Shown: piece by piece, positions 9,460 through 19,490 of the stretch
Layout: the number at the start of each line of letters is the position of its first letter
Numbering within the stretch: the first letter of the stretch is position 1
Source: a virus
Taxonomy: Duplodnaviria > Caudoviricetes
Reading direction: 5' to 3' (one strand)
Length of the DNA stretch: 64,000 bases
IMG/VR virus record: IMGVR_UViG_3300025000_000057
Translations under genes and position numbers: made by a program
The notes under the pieces: generated by a model
Told to the model about the DNA's origin: nothing
Database searches by the model: none
The model's input: only the letters and a program-made list of their open reading frames with translations

Positions 9460-10263
9460 ATGCCATTAAACAGATGTATCTTTTCAGGTTATATTTACTT
9501 TGGCCAAGACGCACAAGGCGTCAATAGAGAATTCGGTGAGTTAAAGTCCACTCCTGCTGGTAATAAGTATGTTCGTTTCTCTACTCAAGTACCTAAGTAT
9601 GGTAAGAATCCCGACGGTTCGAAGAAAGACCCGAACTGGATAGAGTGTATTGCTTGGGATAAGACCGCTGAACGCATTTGTACCGTAGCTGGTAATAATG
9701 GCGCTCTCTTATTTAGAAGAGGCCAACCAGTAGAGATTGAATGCAGATACGATCAGAATAAGTATCAGGATAATCAGGGTGGTAAGCGTGTAAGTCATGA
9801 TTTCGTAATTATGTCCATCGAGTTGCCACCGATTAGCTTTGCTCCACAACCTGCTCAACAGCAACCGGTACCTCAACAACAACAACCGTACCAACAACCT
9901 TATCAGCAACCGACTCAACAGCCTGTACAGCAGCCATACCAACAGCCGGCACAGCAACCTGTACAACAGCCGGTTCAGCAAACTCAGCAGTACCAACAAC
10001 CTTATCAGCAGCCTGCTCCGCAACCCGGTCAGCAACCTGCACAACAAACGTATCAGCAACCGGCTCAGCAGCCTTATCAACAACCCGGTCAGCAACCTGT
10101 ACAGCAAGGACAACCGGCTCAGCCGTATCAACAGCCTTATCAACAACCGGCGCAGCCTGCTCAACCGTACCAGCAACCTGCTCAACAGCCGCAAACCGCT
10201 CCTAATCCGGCTCAGCAGGGTGGTTATCCGGGTGGCCCGACAGACCCGACTTTACCGTTTTAA
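9460..10263 (+). CDS. ssb: single-stranded DNA-binding protein with long Gln/Pro-rich linker
   Basis: OB fold (YVRFS...WIECIAWDKTAE...RRGQPVEIE), C-terminal DPTLPF tip. Confidence 0.9.
   Translation: MPLNRCIFSGYIYFGQDAQGVNREFGELKSTPAGNKYVRFSTQVPKYGKNPDGSKKDPNWIECIAWDKTAERICTVAGNNGALLFRRGQPVEIECRYDQNKYQDNQGGKRVSHDFVIMSIELPPISFAPQPAQQQPVPQQQQPYQQPYQQPTQQPVQQPYQQPAQQPVQQPVQQTQQYQQPYQQPAPQPGQQPAQQTYQQPAQQPYQQPGQQPVQQGQPAQPYQQPYQQPAQPAQPYQQPAQQPQTAPNPAQQGGYPGGPTDPTLPF
9841..10218 (+). repeat. coding low-complexity tandem repeats (QQPY/QQPA/QQPV/QPGQ)
   Basis: imperfect 12-nt units such as CAACAACCTTAT / CAGCAGCCTGCT. Confidence 0.85.
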
Positions 10264-10553
10264 TGAACCCTGTAAACCAGTCTAAATCAGGACTTAACCA
10301 GATGGCTATCTACCTTTGTGAGGCTTATATACAGACAGGCCTCACAAAGGAGGATGCTAGACTAAAGGTTAGTCAGGACTTAAATGATTTATCAGAAACT
10401 TACTCAAACAATAAGCCTGTAAAGATGGACAAGTCTCGAATGTTCGACTTATTAAATACTGCCTTAAAGCAGGCGAAGGGACTTGGAATCGAAGGTATGG
10501 CTGTAAAGAATACGCTTGTAACAATTAAGGGGATGTTGGAGGCTGATAAATAG
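10263..10553 (+). CDS. hypothetical protein
   Basis: 96-aa ORF coupled to ssb (TAATG). Confidence 0.65.
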   Translation: MNPVNQSKSGLNQMAIYLCEAYIQTGLTKEDARLKVSQDLNDLSETYSNNKPVKMDKSRMFDLLNTALKQAKGLGIEGMAVKNTLVTIKGMLEADK

Positions 10554-11815
10554 TGGCTGGAAAAGAGAAAACCATAGTAGTAGCTAAAGAAGGTCAAAGT
10601 ATACTTGATGCTACTATGGATGCTATTAATAAATTAATGGGTATCGGTAGTATAATGTACCTAGGTCAGGAGAAAGCCTTACTAAGAGTTGAAGCAATAC
10701 CTACTAAATCTATGGCTTTAAACATTGCTCTTGGTATAGGCGGAGCTCCTAGAGGCAGAATTATGGAGATATACGGCCCGGAACATTCCGGTAAGACTGG
10801 TATCGCTTTAGGCATTGTCTCGGAAGCTCAAGCTCTTGCCAGAATACTCAATACCGGTAAGAAAAGTGCATATGTAGATCCAGAATGTGGTTTAGATATA
10901 GAGCTGGCGAAATTACAGGGAGTTGATATTGATAGTCTACTGTATAGCCAACCTGCAAGTGGAGAGAAAGCTCTTGCTATTGTAGAAGCTCTTGTTAAGA
11001 CTAATATGGTAGATGTCGCTGTTGTCGACTCTGTAGCAGCCCTTGTACCACAAAAAGAACTAGACGGAGAGATGGGCGATAGTCATGTCGGTTTACAGGC
11101 TCGTTTAATGAGTCAAGCAATGCGTAAACTTACAAATTTGGTTGCTAAACATAAAGTACTTGTAATCTTCATTAATCAGTTAAGAGAAAAGGTTGGCGGA
11201 TACGGCAATCCCGAGACAACCCCGGGCGGTCGTGCGTTAAAGTTCTACGCCTCTGTAAGACTTGATGTTCGAAAAGGGGAATTTGTTAAAGTTGGTACAG
11301 ATATCATTGGCCATGCTACTACCGTAAAGGTAATAAAGAATAAAGTAGCAGCTCCTCATAAGGTAGCCACATTCTCTGTTCTGTATAACGAGGGTGTTGA
11401 TTTTGCTCAAGAAGTTTACGATTTAGGTCACGATCTCTTTGTTGTACAGAAGAGCGGTAGTTGGATGACATTTATCGATCCTACTACAGGACAGCCAGAA
11501 CTTAATGGCGCGGATAATAAGCCGTATAAGGTAAACGGTACCGCTCAGCTAAGAGAAGAGTTTAAAAGAAATCCTACTTTAAAACAACTTCTCTTTGACA
11601 GAATGCAAGCTTCCTTTGCTTCAAGAATGAGTAACGTACCTATGATCGATGAAGATGAAATTCCGGAAGGTAGCGCAACAGATATTGATATAGAGATTGT
11701 TACCGGAAACGAAACCGGGCAACTAATGGAATCGCCCGAAATACAACAACTAAATCCACCTACTCATGTACCTCCTATGGAAGATTGGCCAATACCAGAA
11801 CCAGTGAGAGGATAA
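10553..11815 (+). CDS. recA: recombinase RecA
   Basis: GRIMEIYGPEHSGKT, VVDSVAALVP, ARLMSQAMRKL, FINQLREKVG, ETTPGGRALKFYASVRLD. Confidence 0.97.
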   Translation: MAGKEKTIVVAKEGQSILDATMDAINKLMGIGSIMYLGQEKALLRVEAIPTKSMALNIALGIGGAPRGRIMEIYGPEHSGKTGIALGIVSEAQALARILNTGKKSAYVDPECGLDIELAKLQGVDIDSLLYSQPASGEKALAIVEALVKTNMVDVAVVDSVAALVPQKELDGEMGDSHVGLQARLMSQAMRKLTNLVAKHKVLVIFINQLREKVGGYGNPETTPGGRALKFYASVRLDVRKGEFVKVGTDIIGHATTVKVIKNKVAAPHKVATFSVLYNEGVDFAQEVYDLGHDLFVVQKSGSWMTFIDPTTGQPELNGADNKPYKVNGTAQLREEFKRNPTLKQLLFDRMQASFASRMSNVPMIDEDEIPEGSATDIDIEIVTGNETGQLMESPEIQQLNPPTHVPPMEDWPIPEPVRG

Positions 11816-11819
11816 TATT

Positions 11820-12320
11820 ATGCGTATTCATAAAATAGTATCAGAATCTGTAGTAGATGGCCCTGGATTAAGAATAGTCATTTTCTTTCAGGGTTGTAAA
11901 CGTGATTGCCCTGGTTGTCATAATCCAGGGCTTCATGATTTCAAGAAGGGTAAGGAGGTTTCAACAAAAGAACTTATTGCAAGTATCGACCGACGCATGA
12001 ATCCACTGATACAAGGGATTACCTTATCAGGTGGAGATCCTATGTACCAGTGGAATGAAATTATAGACTTTCTGATTTACTTTAAGGAGTATTATTCTGG
12101 CAAGGATGTATGGATGTATACAGGTGCTACTTGGGAAGAGATTAAAGACATCATGACAATTAGTTTTGTTGATGTAATTGTAGATGGCCCCTATATGAAA
12201 GAGTTACATAGTAATAATGTAGCTTATAGAGGGAGTCTCAATCAACGTTTAATCAAAGTGCCGGCCAGCGTACTAAGTGGTCGAGTTGTATTATATGAAG
12301 CAGGTGAAAAAGATTGCTAA
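11820..12320 (+). CDS. nrdG: anaerobic RNR activating radical-SAM enzyme
   Basis: ESVVDGPGLR..FFQGCKRDCPGCHNP, GITLSGGDP, RGSLNQR. Confidence 0.95.
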   Translation: MRIHKIVSESVVDGPGLRIVIFFQGCKRDCPGCHNPGLHDFKKGKEVSTKELIASIDRRMNPLIQGITLSGGDPMYQWNEIIDFLIYFKEYYSGKDVWMYTGATWEEIKDIMTISFVDVIVDGPYMKELHSNNVAYRGSLNQRLIKVPASVLSGRVVLYEAGEKDC

Positions 12321-14179
12321 CTCAGTTAAATCCAGAGCAGTTACAAGCAGTTGTAGCTACGAATCAACAAGTATTAGTATTAGCCGGCGCTGGTTCCGGT
12401 AAAACCAGATGTCTAACTTTTAGGATAGCTCACTCAATTAACATGGGATTTGATCCGGGTACTATTATGGCTGTTACCTTTACAAATAAAGCCGCTAATG
12501 AAATGGTCGCTCGTCTACAGAAAATGAATGTACAGACGAATAGGATATGGGTAGGTACATTTCATGGATTATGCTGTAGGATATTACGTAAGTATGCTAA
12601 TAATATAGGCTTTAGTAGTGCATTTACCATCTACGATGCCGATGATTCTAAGGCTGTCATAAGACGTATTATGAAATCTTACGGTATGCCTACTGAATAC
12701 AATGAAATAAATGGCATTGTCGGTAAGATATCTGATTGGAAGAACAAACTTAAGAGTCCTCAATTTGTATTTAATAATTTACCGACAGATGGAACAAGAC
12801 TTAAGGCCGAGCAGATTGCCAAAGTATACTCTGATTATACCAGAGAACTTTTAGCCAACCATGCTATGGACTTTGACGATCTTATCTTAAGAACTATACA
12901 GCTATTAGAACTTGATGCACATGCGAGATACTGGGCTCATAATAAGTTCCAGCATCTACTGGTTGATGAGTATCAAGATATCAACCATTCACAGTATGTG
13001 TTAATACAAAGATTATTAAATCCAGTTGCCGCTCTGTGGGTATGTGGAGATCCGGATCAAAGTATATATGGCTGGCGCGGTGCTGATATTACAAATATCC
13101 TAAACTTTCAGCGAGATTATCCCCAGGCTCAGCTATGTAAACTTGAAAGAAACTACAGATCGACTAAGACCGTAGTTGATGCTGCAGACTTCGTAGTAGC
13201 TAATAACAAAAGTCGGCTGCCTAAGAAATCGTATACTATAAATACAGCAGGTGCCCCAATTGAGCTGGTGAAATATTACGATGAAAGAGAAGAAGCAATG
13301 GGTGTAGCTTCTAACATCGTAAGGTTAATCAGAGAGGGTAATGCGTATAACAAGATAGCTATCCTATTCCGTACTAATGCTCAATCTAAACCTGCAGAAA
13401 GAGCTTTGCTTGAGTACAATATTCCTTATACACTGGTAGGTGGGGTAAGTTTCTACCAGCGTAAAGAGATTAAAGATTTAATTGCTCATATGCAATTGAT
13501 AGCTAATCCTTTTGATAAGGATGTCTTTAAGAGAGTAGCCTTACTTCAACCGGGCGTCGGAGCTAAGATTGTTAGCCGGGTTATAGAAATAAGTAATGGT
13601 GATTTGATTGATACATGTATAAACTCACCGAACAAAAAGATAAATGAGTTCGGTTATATGGTGAAAGAACTGAAGGATATATCAGTACTATCATCTCCTT
13701 ACGAGGTGCTAAGACAGATTATAGTTAAGTCTGATTGTATTAATACTCTCTCTGCAGATAAATCTACAGGCGAAGAAAGAGTAGCCAATGTAGAAAGACT
13801 TTTAGAACTAAGTAAGGGCTATCACATGATAACAGAGTTTTTAAGTCAGGCTGCTTTATCAAGTACTAATGATAAAGACGGCCCAGGTGTAAAACTTATG
13901 ACGGTACATGGCTCTAAAGGTCTTGAGTTTGACGTTGTATTCTTAATAGGGGCTGAAGAAGGTACATTCCCACATAAGAATAGTATGAATGATTTACGTA
14001 CCCTAGAAGAAGAGCGTCGGGGTATGTACGTAGCACTTACCCGAGCAGGGAACCGACTTTTTATATCCTGGGTTAAAGAGCGCTATTTGTATGGTAATCA
14101 CGTAGAAGGTAAACTATCCAGATTTATTAAAGAAATACCAAAACACTATATCATTGCAACACAGGATGCTTGGGACTAG
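12314..14179 (+). CDS. pcrA: UvrD/PcrA SF1 helicase
   Basis: LAGAGSGKT, VTFTNKAA, LVDEYQD, GDPDQSIYGWRGA, LERNYRS, LMTVHGSKGLEF, YVALTRA. Confidence 0.95.
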   Translation: MLTQLNPEQLQAVVATNQQVLVLAGAGSGKTRCLTFRIAHSINMGFDPGTIMAVTFTNKAANEMVARLQKMNVQTNRIWVGTFHGLCCRILRKYANNIGFSSAFTIYDADDSKAVIRRIMKSYGMPTEYNEINGIVGKISDWKNKLKSPQFVFNNLPTDGTRLKAEQIAKVYSDYTRELLANHAMDFDDLILRTIQLLELDAHARYWAHNKFQHLLVDEYQDINHSQYVLIQRLLNPVAALWVCGDPDQSIYGWRGADITNILNFQRDYPQAQLCKLERNYRSTKTVVDAADFVVANNKSRLPKKSYTINTAGAPIELVKYYDEREEAMGVASNIVRLIREGNAYNKIAILFRTNAQSKPAERALLEYNIPYTLVGGVSFYQRKEIKDLIAHMQLIANPFDKDVFKRVALLQPGVGAKIVSRVIEISNGDLIDTCINSPNKKINEFGYMVKELKDISVLSSPYEVLRQIIVKSDCINTLSADKSTGEERVANVERLLELSKGYHMITEFLSQAALSSTNDKDGPGVKLMTVHGSKGLEFDVVFLIGAEEGTFPHKNSMNDLRTLEEERRGMYVALTRAGNRLFISWVKERYLYGNHVEGKLSRFIKEIPKHYIIATQDAWD

Positions 14180-14195
14180 CATCCTGTGTTGCAAT
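14153..14195. terminator. perfect 18-bp inverted repeat overlapping pcrA stop
   Basis: ATTGCAACACAGGATGCT / AGCATCCTGTGTTGCAAT, 7-nt loop. Confidence 0.65.
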
Positions 14196-14198
14196 ATG

Positions 14199-14228
14199 GT
14201 ATAATAGTATTACATGTTGGGTAGACTA
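14199..14228 (+). promoter_or_regulatory. SigF-type promoter candidate
   Basis: GTATA, 15 nt, GGGTAGACTA; overlaps an extended -10 TGgTATAAT (14200-14205). Confidence 0.5.
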
Positions 14229-14248
14229 TGTAATAAGGAGGGAACAAG

Positions 14249-14932
14249 TTGATAGAACAAATGACATCACAAAGAACGTATGAAGGACGTAACCTTTCCG
14301 CCGATTTCAAAAAGAAGTATATTATCAGTCTTAAAGGAAAAGATCACATCTTGTTTAAAGGACTGGTACAGCTTGGTCATGCCAAAGGTATGAAAGGTCT
14401 TAAAACTAAGATAGTTTATTATCCCGATCAATCTAATAATTTTACTGCTGTAGCAGAATCATGTTTGATTGATACCGATGGTAACGAGTGGTCTGATATC
14501 GGTGATGCAACGCCTGCTAACTGTAACAACATGGTAGCACCGCACTTTATCAGAATGGCAAGTACTCGTGCTAAAGCCCGGGTATTGAGAGATTTCCTTG
14601 GTATCGATATGGTATGCTTTGAAGAGTTACTATCCCCTTGGGAGCAAAAGCCACTCACGGTACTGCAAAAACAGTATATGTCAGAAATTATGACTAAGAA
14701 AGGTCTCTCTGGCGAGCAAGTACGAGCACTTAGCATAAGTCTTTGTCATAAGAATGATGCCTCTAAGCTGACTGAAGAGGATGGCTGGGATATTATTAGT
14801 CATATAGAACGGTTGCCTAATGCGTCTGCACAAACGCCGGTACCAACTCAGGAAACTACACCTGTATCGCCAATGATTAATCAAACAGCGCCACTTGAAC
14901 CGTCAATTCCTGCAATACAGGAACCTGCTTGA
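14249..14932 (+). CDS. putative Rad52/Rad22-fold single-strand annealing protein
   Basis: FTAVAES...WSDIGDATPAN...IRMASTRAKARVLRDFLGI motif; Pro/Thr/Gln-rich tail. Confidence 0.4.
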   Translation: MIEQMTSQRTYEGRNLSADFKKKYIISLKGKDHILFKGLVQLGHAKGMKGLKTKIVYYPDQSNNFTAVAESCLIDTDGNEWSDIGDATPANCNNMVAPHFIRMASTRAKARVLRDFLGIDMVCFEELLSPWEQKPLTVLQKQYMSEIMTKKGLSGEQVRALSISLCHKNDASKLTEEDGWDIISHIERLPNASAQTPVPTQETTPVSPMINQTAPLEPSIPAIQEPA

Positions 14933-15432
14933 TATATCGTATGTGGCTTTTAGCTTTTGTACTATTTTCTCTGATTACTTTCCCAAGCTACCTTTACGAA
15001 CAGCCTATTAAACATACGGTTTCGATATCGGCTCCGAAATTAATACCTGTATCGAAACCTATACAGGATGTAAAGGTTACGGAAGTTAAAACGGAGATTA
15101 GAAAAACATTTAAGGTTGTAGCTACGGCTTATACTAAAAACGATCCTGGTATGGATGGTCGTGGTATAACTAAGAATGGTACAAAAGTAAAGCCCATCGA
15201 AAAACCTGACCCGGTTACTGGATTGACTACAATAGCAGCGCATCCAAGTTTCTTGTTACCGGGTACTATTATAGTTATCCCTGCATTATCTAACTACCCG
15301 AATAAAGGACGGTTTATCGTTGAAGATACTGGTGGTGCTATTAAACGTAACAAAATAGATATTTGTTTTGCTAGTCGTGGAAAAGCTATTAAGTTTGGTA
15401 TAAGAACACTTGAAGCATATAGGGAGGAGTAA
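14929..15432 (+). CDS. 3D-domain (MltA-like) peptidoglycan-binding/lytic protein with N-terminal anchor
   Basis: VATAYT...GITKNG...TIAAHP...IVEDTGGAIKRNKIDI; hydrophobic N-terminus. Confidence 0.85.
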   Translation: MIYRMWLLAFVLFSLITFPSYLYEQPIKHTVSISAPKLIPVSKPIQDVKVTEVKTEIRKTFKVVATAYTKNDPGMDGRGITKNGTKVKPIEKPDPVTGLTTIAAHPSFLLPGTIIVIPALSNYPNKGRFIVEDTGGAIKRNKIDICFASRGKAIKFGIRTLEAYREE

Positions 15433-15436
15433 GCAT

Positions 15437-15796
15437 GTGAGTTACTACAAATATCTTGATAGCAAATTGCCAAGCTGCGGTGGATATAAACCAGAACCAA
15501 AGTTAAAGAAGTTTATAGTCACAGCGAGACCATATGAAAGAGCTGTTGATAAATTAGTACCTGGAGAATTATTCTCCGTGATGGGTACTTATGATGCTAT
15601 CGATTCTAATGCCGCTTATTTAGCTTTTCTAGACGAATACTGTAAAGATATCCGAGATGCCCAACGGTTCTATCCAGATGTATATGTAATCGAAATATCC
15701 GAAACTGCAAGTAAATATAGCTTGCATGATACCTTTGGTAAATTAGCAAAGTTTCCTAACCCGGGTTTATTTACAGAAGAAGATCGTTACTACTAA
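15437..15796 (+). CDS. hypothetical protein
   Basis: GTG after GGAGG SD. Confidence 0.6.
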   Translation: MSYYKYLDSKLPSCGGYKPEPKLKKFIVTARPYERAVDKLVPGELFSVMGTYDAIDSNAAYLAFLDEYCKDIRDAQRFYPDVYVIEISETASKYSLHDTFGKLAKFPNPGLFTEEDRYY

Positions 15797-15800
15797 GGCG

Positions 15801-18263
15801 GTGAAATGTGTGGATTTAAAAGAAATAACAAAAGATTTAACCGAACATTTACCTAGCGTAAGTGATGAGCAATTTGAAAAAGAATTAATCGAAGCTGGTA
15901 TAGAAGGGTGTCCTAATATTCAGGGACGTACTAATTTGAAGATTGGAGTTATCAATGATACTCACATCCGAGAAACTAACCCTAAATCTCGGAAGGATGA
16001 TTACATTGTAGCCCTTCTAAAGAAGTACATGGAAGTTGGAGAACTTATTCAGACCTATCAAATTGATTTACTTGTACATACAGGTGATATGTTTGACGGC
16101 CCTCGTATTGATAATGAGATCTCCGGCTTATTTGCAGGAATTATGAAAGAGTATCTCTGTCCTATGGTGGTTGTACCAGGTAATCACGATATCTTTGGTT
16201 ACAGTATGCAAAATATCAATAAAACAACACTTGGTTTATTAGCAAAAGCCGGAGTGTTTAATCTATTAACCAGAGCCACTCCTACAACCTGTAAAACTAA
16301 TGATGGACTGGTAGTATCAATTCAGGGACAGGAGTTTACACCTGATGTAGATAAGAATCCGGATAAGTATATCGTAGATATAGATCTCTCAGCACAGTAC
16401 CACGTTCTCTTTGTACATGGTAACATTCTGGATAAACCAGGGCCACCGAATATGGATTATGTATTAGCAGACGATATTCCTGCAAGTAATACTCCATATC
16501 CTGCAATCATATGTGCAGGACATTATCATCCTGGTTTTAAGACAATGCAAAGTAAGAACAATCCGTTTATCATTAACAACGGTAGTATGGGTAGAAACTC
16601 TGCCAGTGTAGATGTACAAACCAGAATACCAGGTATGACTATCCTGGAGTTTGATAAGAATGGCTGGAAAGAAAACTTCGTAGAGTTTAAATCAGCTCAA
16701 CCCGGTATAGATGTATTCGATTTTAACACCAATGTACAAAAGAAAGCTAAGAGTAATTTTCTAAGTAATTTTAGACAAAGTTTAGCTAATACTGCTAATA
16801 TTAAGCCGTATGATGTTATGAAGATCTTAAATGAAAAGGCTAGTAAGGCAGGTTGTTTAACTAAGTGTCTTAAGATGCTAAGTGATGCCGACGCATTACA
16901 TGCTCAGGTAACACAAAAGTTACAGGGATATGTAGATTGTGGTTATACCAAGCGTATTACTCGTATCGAGATCGAGAATTTCATGAGTCACAGTAATACG
17001 GTAATCGATCTTAACCCTGAAACGAATATGTTTGTCGGGCCAAGTAATAATGGCAAATCCGTTATTATAAGGTTAGTTCGCTGGGTATGCTTTGACGATC
17101 CTAAAGGTGCTGACTTTATAAAACTTGGTGAATCTAAAACCCGTGGTAAAATCTACTATGATGATGGTACCTGGATTGAACGTGAGAGAACTAGGTCGGC
17201 TGCCGGTACCTTAAAGGTTTTTGATGGCAAGCAAGTATATGACTTTACTAAGTGGGGGCATCAAATCCCAATTGAAGTACTTAACGTACACCAAATGCCG
17301 GACGTTATCTTAGCTAAAGATAAGCGTATAAACCTTTCAGTTTCCGAGCAACTTGACGCTCCATTCTTATTGTCTGAAAGTCCATCTATCCGGGCAGCTA
17401 TAATTGGTACATTAGCCGGACTTGATGCATTCGACGTAGCTATCAGAGAAAATAGTAAAGGTATTGCCGGTATACAAAAAGGTATCAAGGAAAAAGAAAA
17501 GATAGTAAGTGATTTTATAAATAAACTTGGTACGTTTACCGATCTATCTGATATGGAAACAAAGATCGCTTCGGCTACCGTCGGTATCGATGTTATCGAA
17601 GAACTTACAAATACAGTCCAAGATATAGACCAAGCAATAAAAGACTTTACAGCAATGAATACCAATATAGCTACAAGTGACGCTGAATTAAAACGTATTA
17701 AAGCTATCGATGCAGCTAAACTCTTAGTTCTACTGGATAACGCTAGTGATATAGATGTAGAAGTTGCATGGCTTAACGAAGCTCTTGACAAAAGTCTCAC
17801 CCTGAATAAATATATCCAGGGATATCAAGAAACACAAGCTTCCTTGCCTAATATAACAGGGTTACTCGATCTTATAGACCAAGGATTACCTCTTGAGGAT
17901 GATATAAAAGAGCTTACTGATTTTATATCACAGTCAGAGCATCTACAATCAGAGATGGTTCGGGTACAACAAAGTCTTAATAACATACCAAATACTAATG
18001 GACTCTCTGACTATCTATCTCTGGCCGAGCAGCTGAATCCACAGATCGAAGAGATTGATATATTTCAAAGAGATATATCTACCATCTACACTCATATTAA
18101 CACTACCAAAAGTAATCTCTCAGATACTATAACAGCATCTAAAAGAATAAGAGATACTTATACAGCTTCCCTAAGAGAAGCTAAGGTATGTGGTGAGTGT
18201 TTTAGTATCCTAGACGATGCCCGGATAGCACTAATACTTGATAATGTAACGGGGGTAAGATAA
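15801..18263 (+). CDS. SbcD/Mre11 nuclease fused to the N-terminal half of an SbcC/Rad50 ATPase
   Basis: NDTH, HTGDMFD, VPGNHD, HG, AGHYH; then IEIENFMSH, Walker A GPSNNGKS, coiled coil, CGEC zinc hook near C-terminus. Confidence 0.9.
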   Translation: MKCVDLKEITKDLTEHLPSVSDEQFEKELIEAGIEGCPNIQGRTNLKIGVINDTHIRETNPKSRKDDYIVALLKKYMEVGELIQTYQIDLLVHTGDMFDGPRIDNEISGLFAGIMKEYLCPMVVVPGNHDIFGYSMQNINKTTLGLLAKAGVFNLLTRATPTTCKTNDGLVVSIQGQEFTPDVDKNPDKYIVDIDLSAQYHVLFVHGNILDKPGPPNMDYVLADDIPASNTPYPAIICAGHYHPGFKTMQSKNNPFIINNGSMGRNSASVDVQTRIPGMTILEFDKNGWKENFVEFKSAQPGIDVFDFNTNVQKKAKSNFLSNFRQSLANTANIKPYDVMKILNEKASKAGCLTKCLKMLSDADALHAQVTQKLQGYVDCGYTKRITRIEIENFMSHSNTVIDLNPETNMFVGPSNNGKSVIIRLVRWVCFDDPKGADFIKLGESKTRGKIYYDDGTWIERERTRSAAGTLKVFDGKQVYDFTKWGHQIPIEVLNVHQMPDVILAKDKRINLSVSEQLDAPFLLSESPSIRAAIIGTLAGLDAFDVAIRENSKGIAGIQKGIKEKEKIVSDFINKLGTFTDLSDMETKIASATVGIDVIEELTNTVQDIDQAIKDFTAMNTNIATSDAELKRIKAIDAAKLLVLLDNASDIDVEVAWLNEALDKSLTLNKYIQGYQETQASLPNITGLLDLIDQGLPLEDDIKELTDFISQSEHLQSEMVRVQQSLNNIPNTNGLSDYLSLAEQLNPQIEEIDIFQRDISTIYTHINTTKSNLSDTITASKRIRDTYTASLREAKVCGECFSILDDARIALILDNVTGVR

Positions 18264-18998
18264 ATGGATAATAAAACTAGGCCGGGTGCAGTTAAACAAA
18301 TAGCTCCTCAGGTTAAACCTAGACAGATACAGCGACACGTTCGTTTTATACCTACCGAGGATGGTAATGGTGTAACCATTGAAATTGATGCAGAGAGTTT
18401 ACCATTTAATCTGCGCCGTTACGCCGCTCAGCTGGCTGGTAATTTACGAATGAGGTACCGTGATTCTCGTCTTACTAGGCAGGTAAAACGAGAAATAGAG
18501 CGCGAGGTGTGCCGTTGGATAACGAAATATAAAGATCCTGGCTTCATTAAGTGGGATGGTCAAGATAAGTTTGAACTTATTAAAACCAAGTTCCCAGTAC
18601 ACTTGCAAGATAAACTAAAGAATCTTGCAGACTTAATGAATCTTGTGTTCTATGAGTATCCAGACACCGAAGAAACCAGGCAGATTATGCTTTTGTTTAT
18701 TCAAGAATGGATTGAAACAAACTCTCTGGTATTACCTAGTGAAGTACAGAATATTCATGAAGATATTCTGACAACCATTAGGGATGAGGTTGGTGACAAT
18801 CCTATCGAAACTACAGAGACTCGTGAAAAAGTATCAGCACTTATCATGAACTTGGTAAGAAAGAAAAGGGAGGAGTTACTACATGAGCGAATCATTGAAA
18901 CAGCTAAAAGCGCAGGTACAGGAAATTCAGCTCCAAGAAGTGAGATTGACGGAGAACCTGAACAATCTGCAGAACCAGTATCAGGAACTGATCAATAG
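18264..18998 (+). CDS. hypothetical protein inside split sbcC locus
   Basis: 244-aa ORF abutting upstream stop. Confidence 0.65.
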   Translation: MDNKTRPGAVKQIAPQVKPRQIQRHVRFIPTEDGNGVTIEIDAESLPFNLRRYAAQLAGNLRMRYRDSRLTRQVKREIEREVCRWITKYKDPGFIKWDGQDKFELIKTKFPVHLQDKLKNLADLMNLVFYEYPDTEETRQIMLLFIQEWIETNSLVLPSEVQNIHEDILTTIRDEVGDNPIETTETREKVSALIMNLVRKKREELLHERIIETAKSAGTGNSAPRSEIDGEPEQSAEPVSGTDQ

Positions 18999-19467
18999 AG
19001 TATCGGCTAAGGGTTATAACTATCAAAACCTACAGGCCGAGAGAGATGAACGTATTCAGAAACGAGATCAGCTGAAGCAATATGTATCTGACGTACTGAC
19101 TGGTAAGCAGATAGAGCCTCCAGTGTTTAATACACCGGAACCCGTACAAACACCGGTAGAACAACCTGTGCAGCAAGTAGCTCAACAACTGGTAATGCAA
19201 GAACATGTACCACCGGTAATGCAAGAGTTTTGTGAAAGTGGACAGTCTTTACCCAATATTCCTATAACGGGAGAAGAGTATATGTTGCCAGAGCAACAAC
19301 ACCCAACCTTTGATAGTTTTCTTACACAAGGAGGGTCTCAGGAGAACTCACCTTTACCGGAATCCGTTGCAGGTGTATCGAGTTGGCCACTCCCGAATCT
19401 AACTCCTCCTACTGAAGGTGATTCAACCTTGCAACCTAAAAACTCTGTAATGGATTTTCCATTCTAG
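18883..19467 (+). CDS. coiled-coil protein with Pro/Gln-rich tail ending MDFPF
   Basis: heptad N-terminal about 70 aa; GGAG SD. Confidence 0.65.
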   Translation: MSESLKQLKAQVQEIQLQEVRLTENLNNLQNQYQELINRVSAKGYNYQNLQAERDERIQKRDQLKQYVSDVLTGKQIEPPVFNTPEPVQTPVEQPVQQVAQQLVMQEHVPPVMQEFCESGQSLPNIPITGEEYMLPEQQHPTFDSFLTQGGSQENSPLPESVAGVSSWPLPNLTPPTEGDSTLQPKNSVMDFPF

Positions 19468-19490
19468 AGTGTTAAAGGAGACATACGCTC

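Noticed and set aside
9841-10218. Possible CRISPR array
   Set aside because: Repeats are short, imperfect, in-frame coding units without unique spacers; no cas genes seen. No CRISPR found anywhere in the window.
9709-10285. Alternative-frame and antisense ORFs over the ssb repeats (LLxRLL and N-rich proteins)
   Set aside because: Shadows of the QQP repeat coding sequence; no SD, low complexity.
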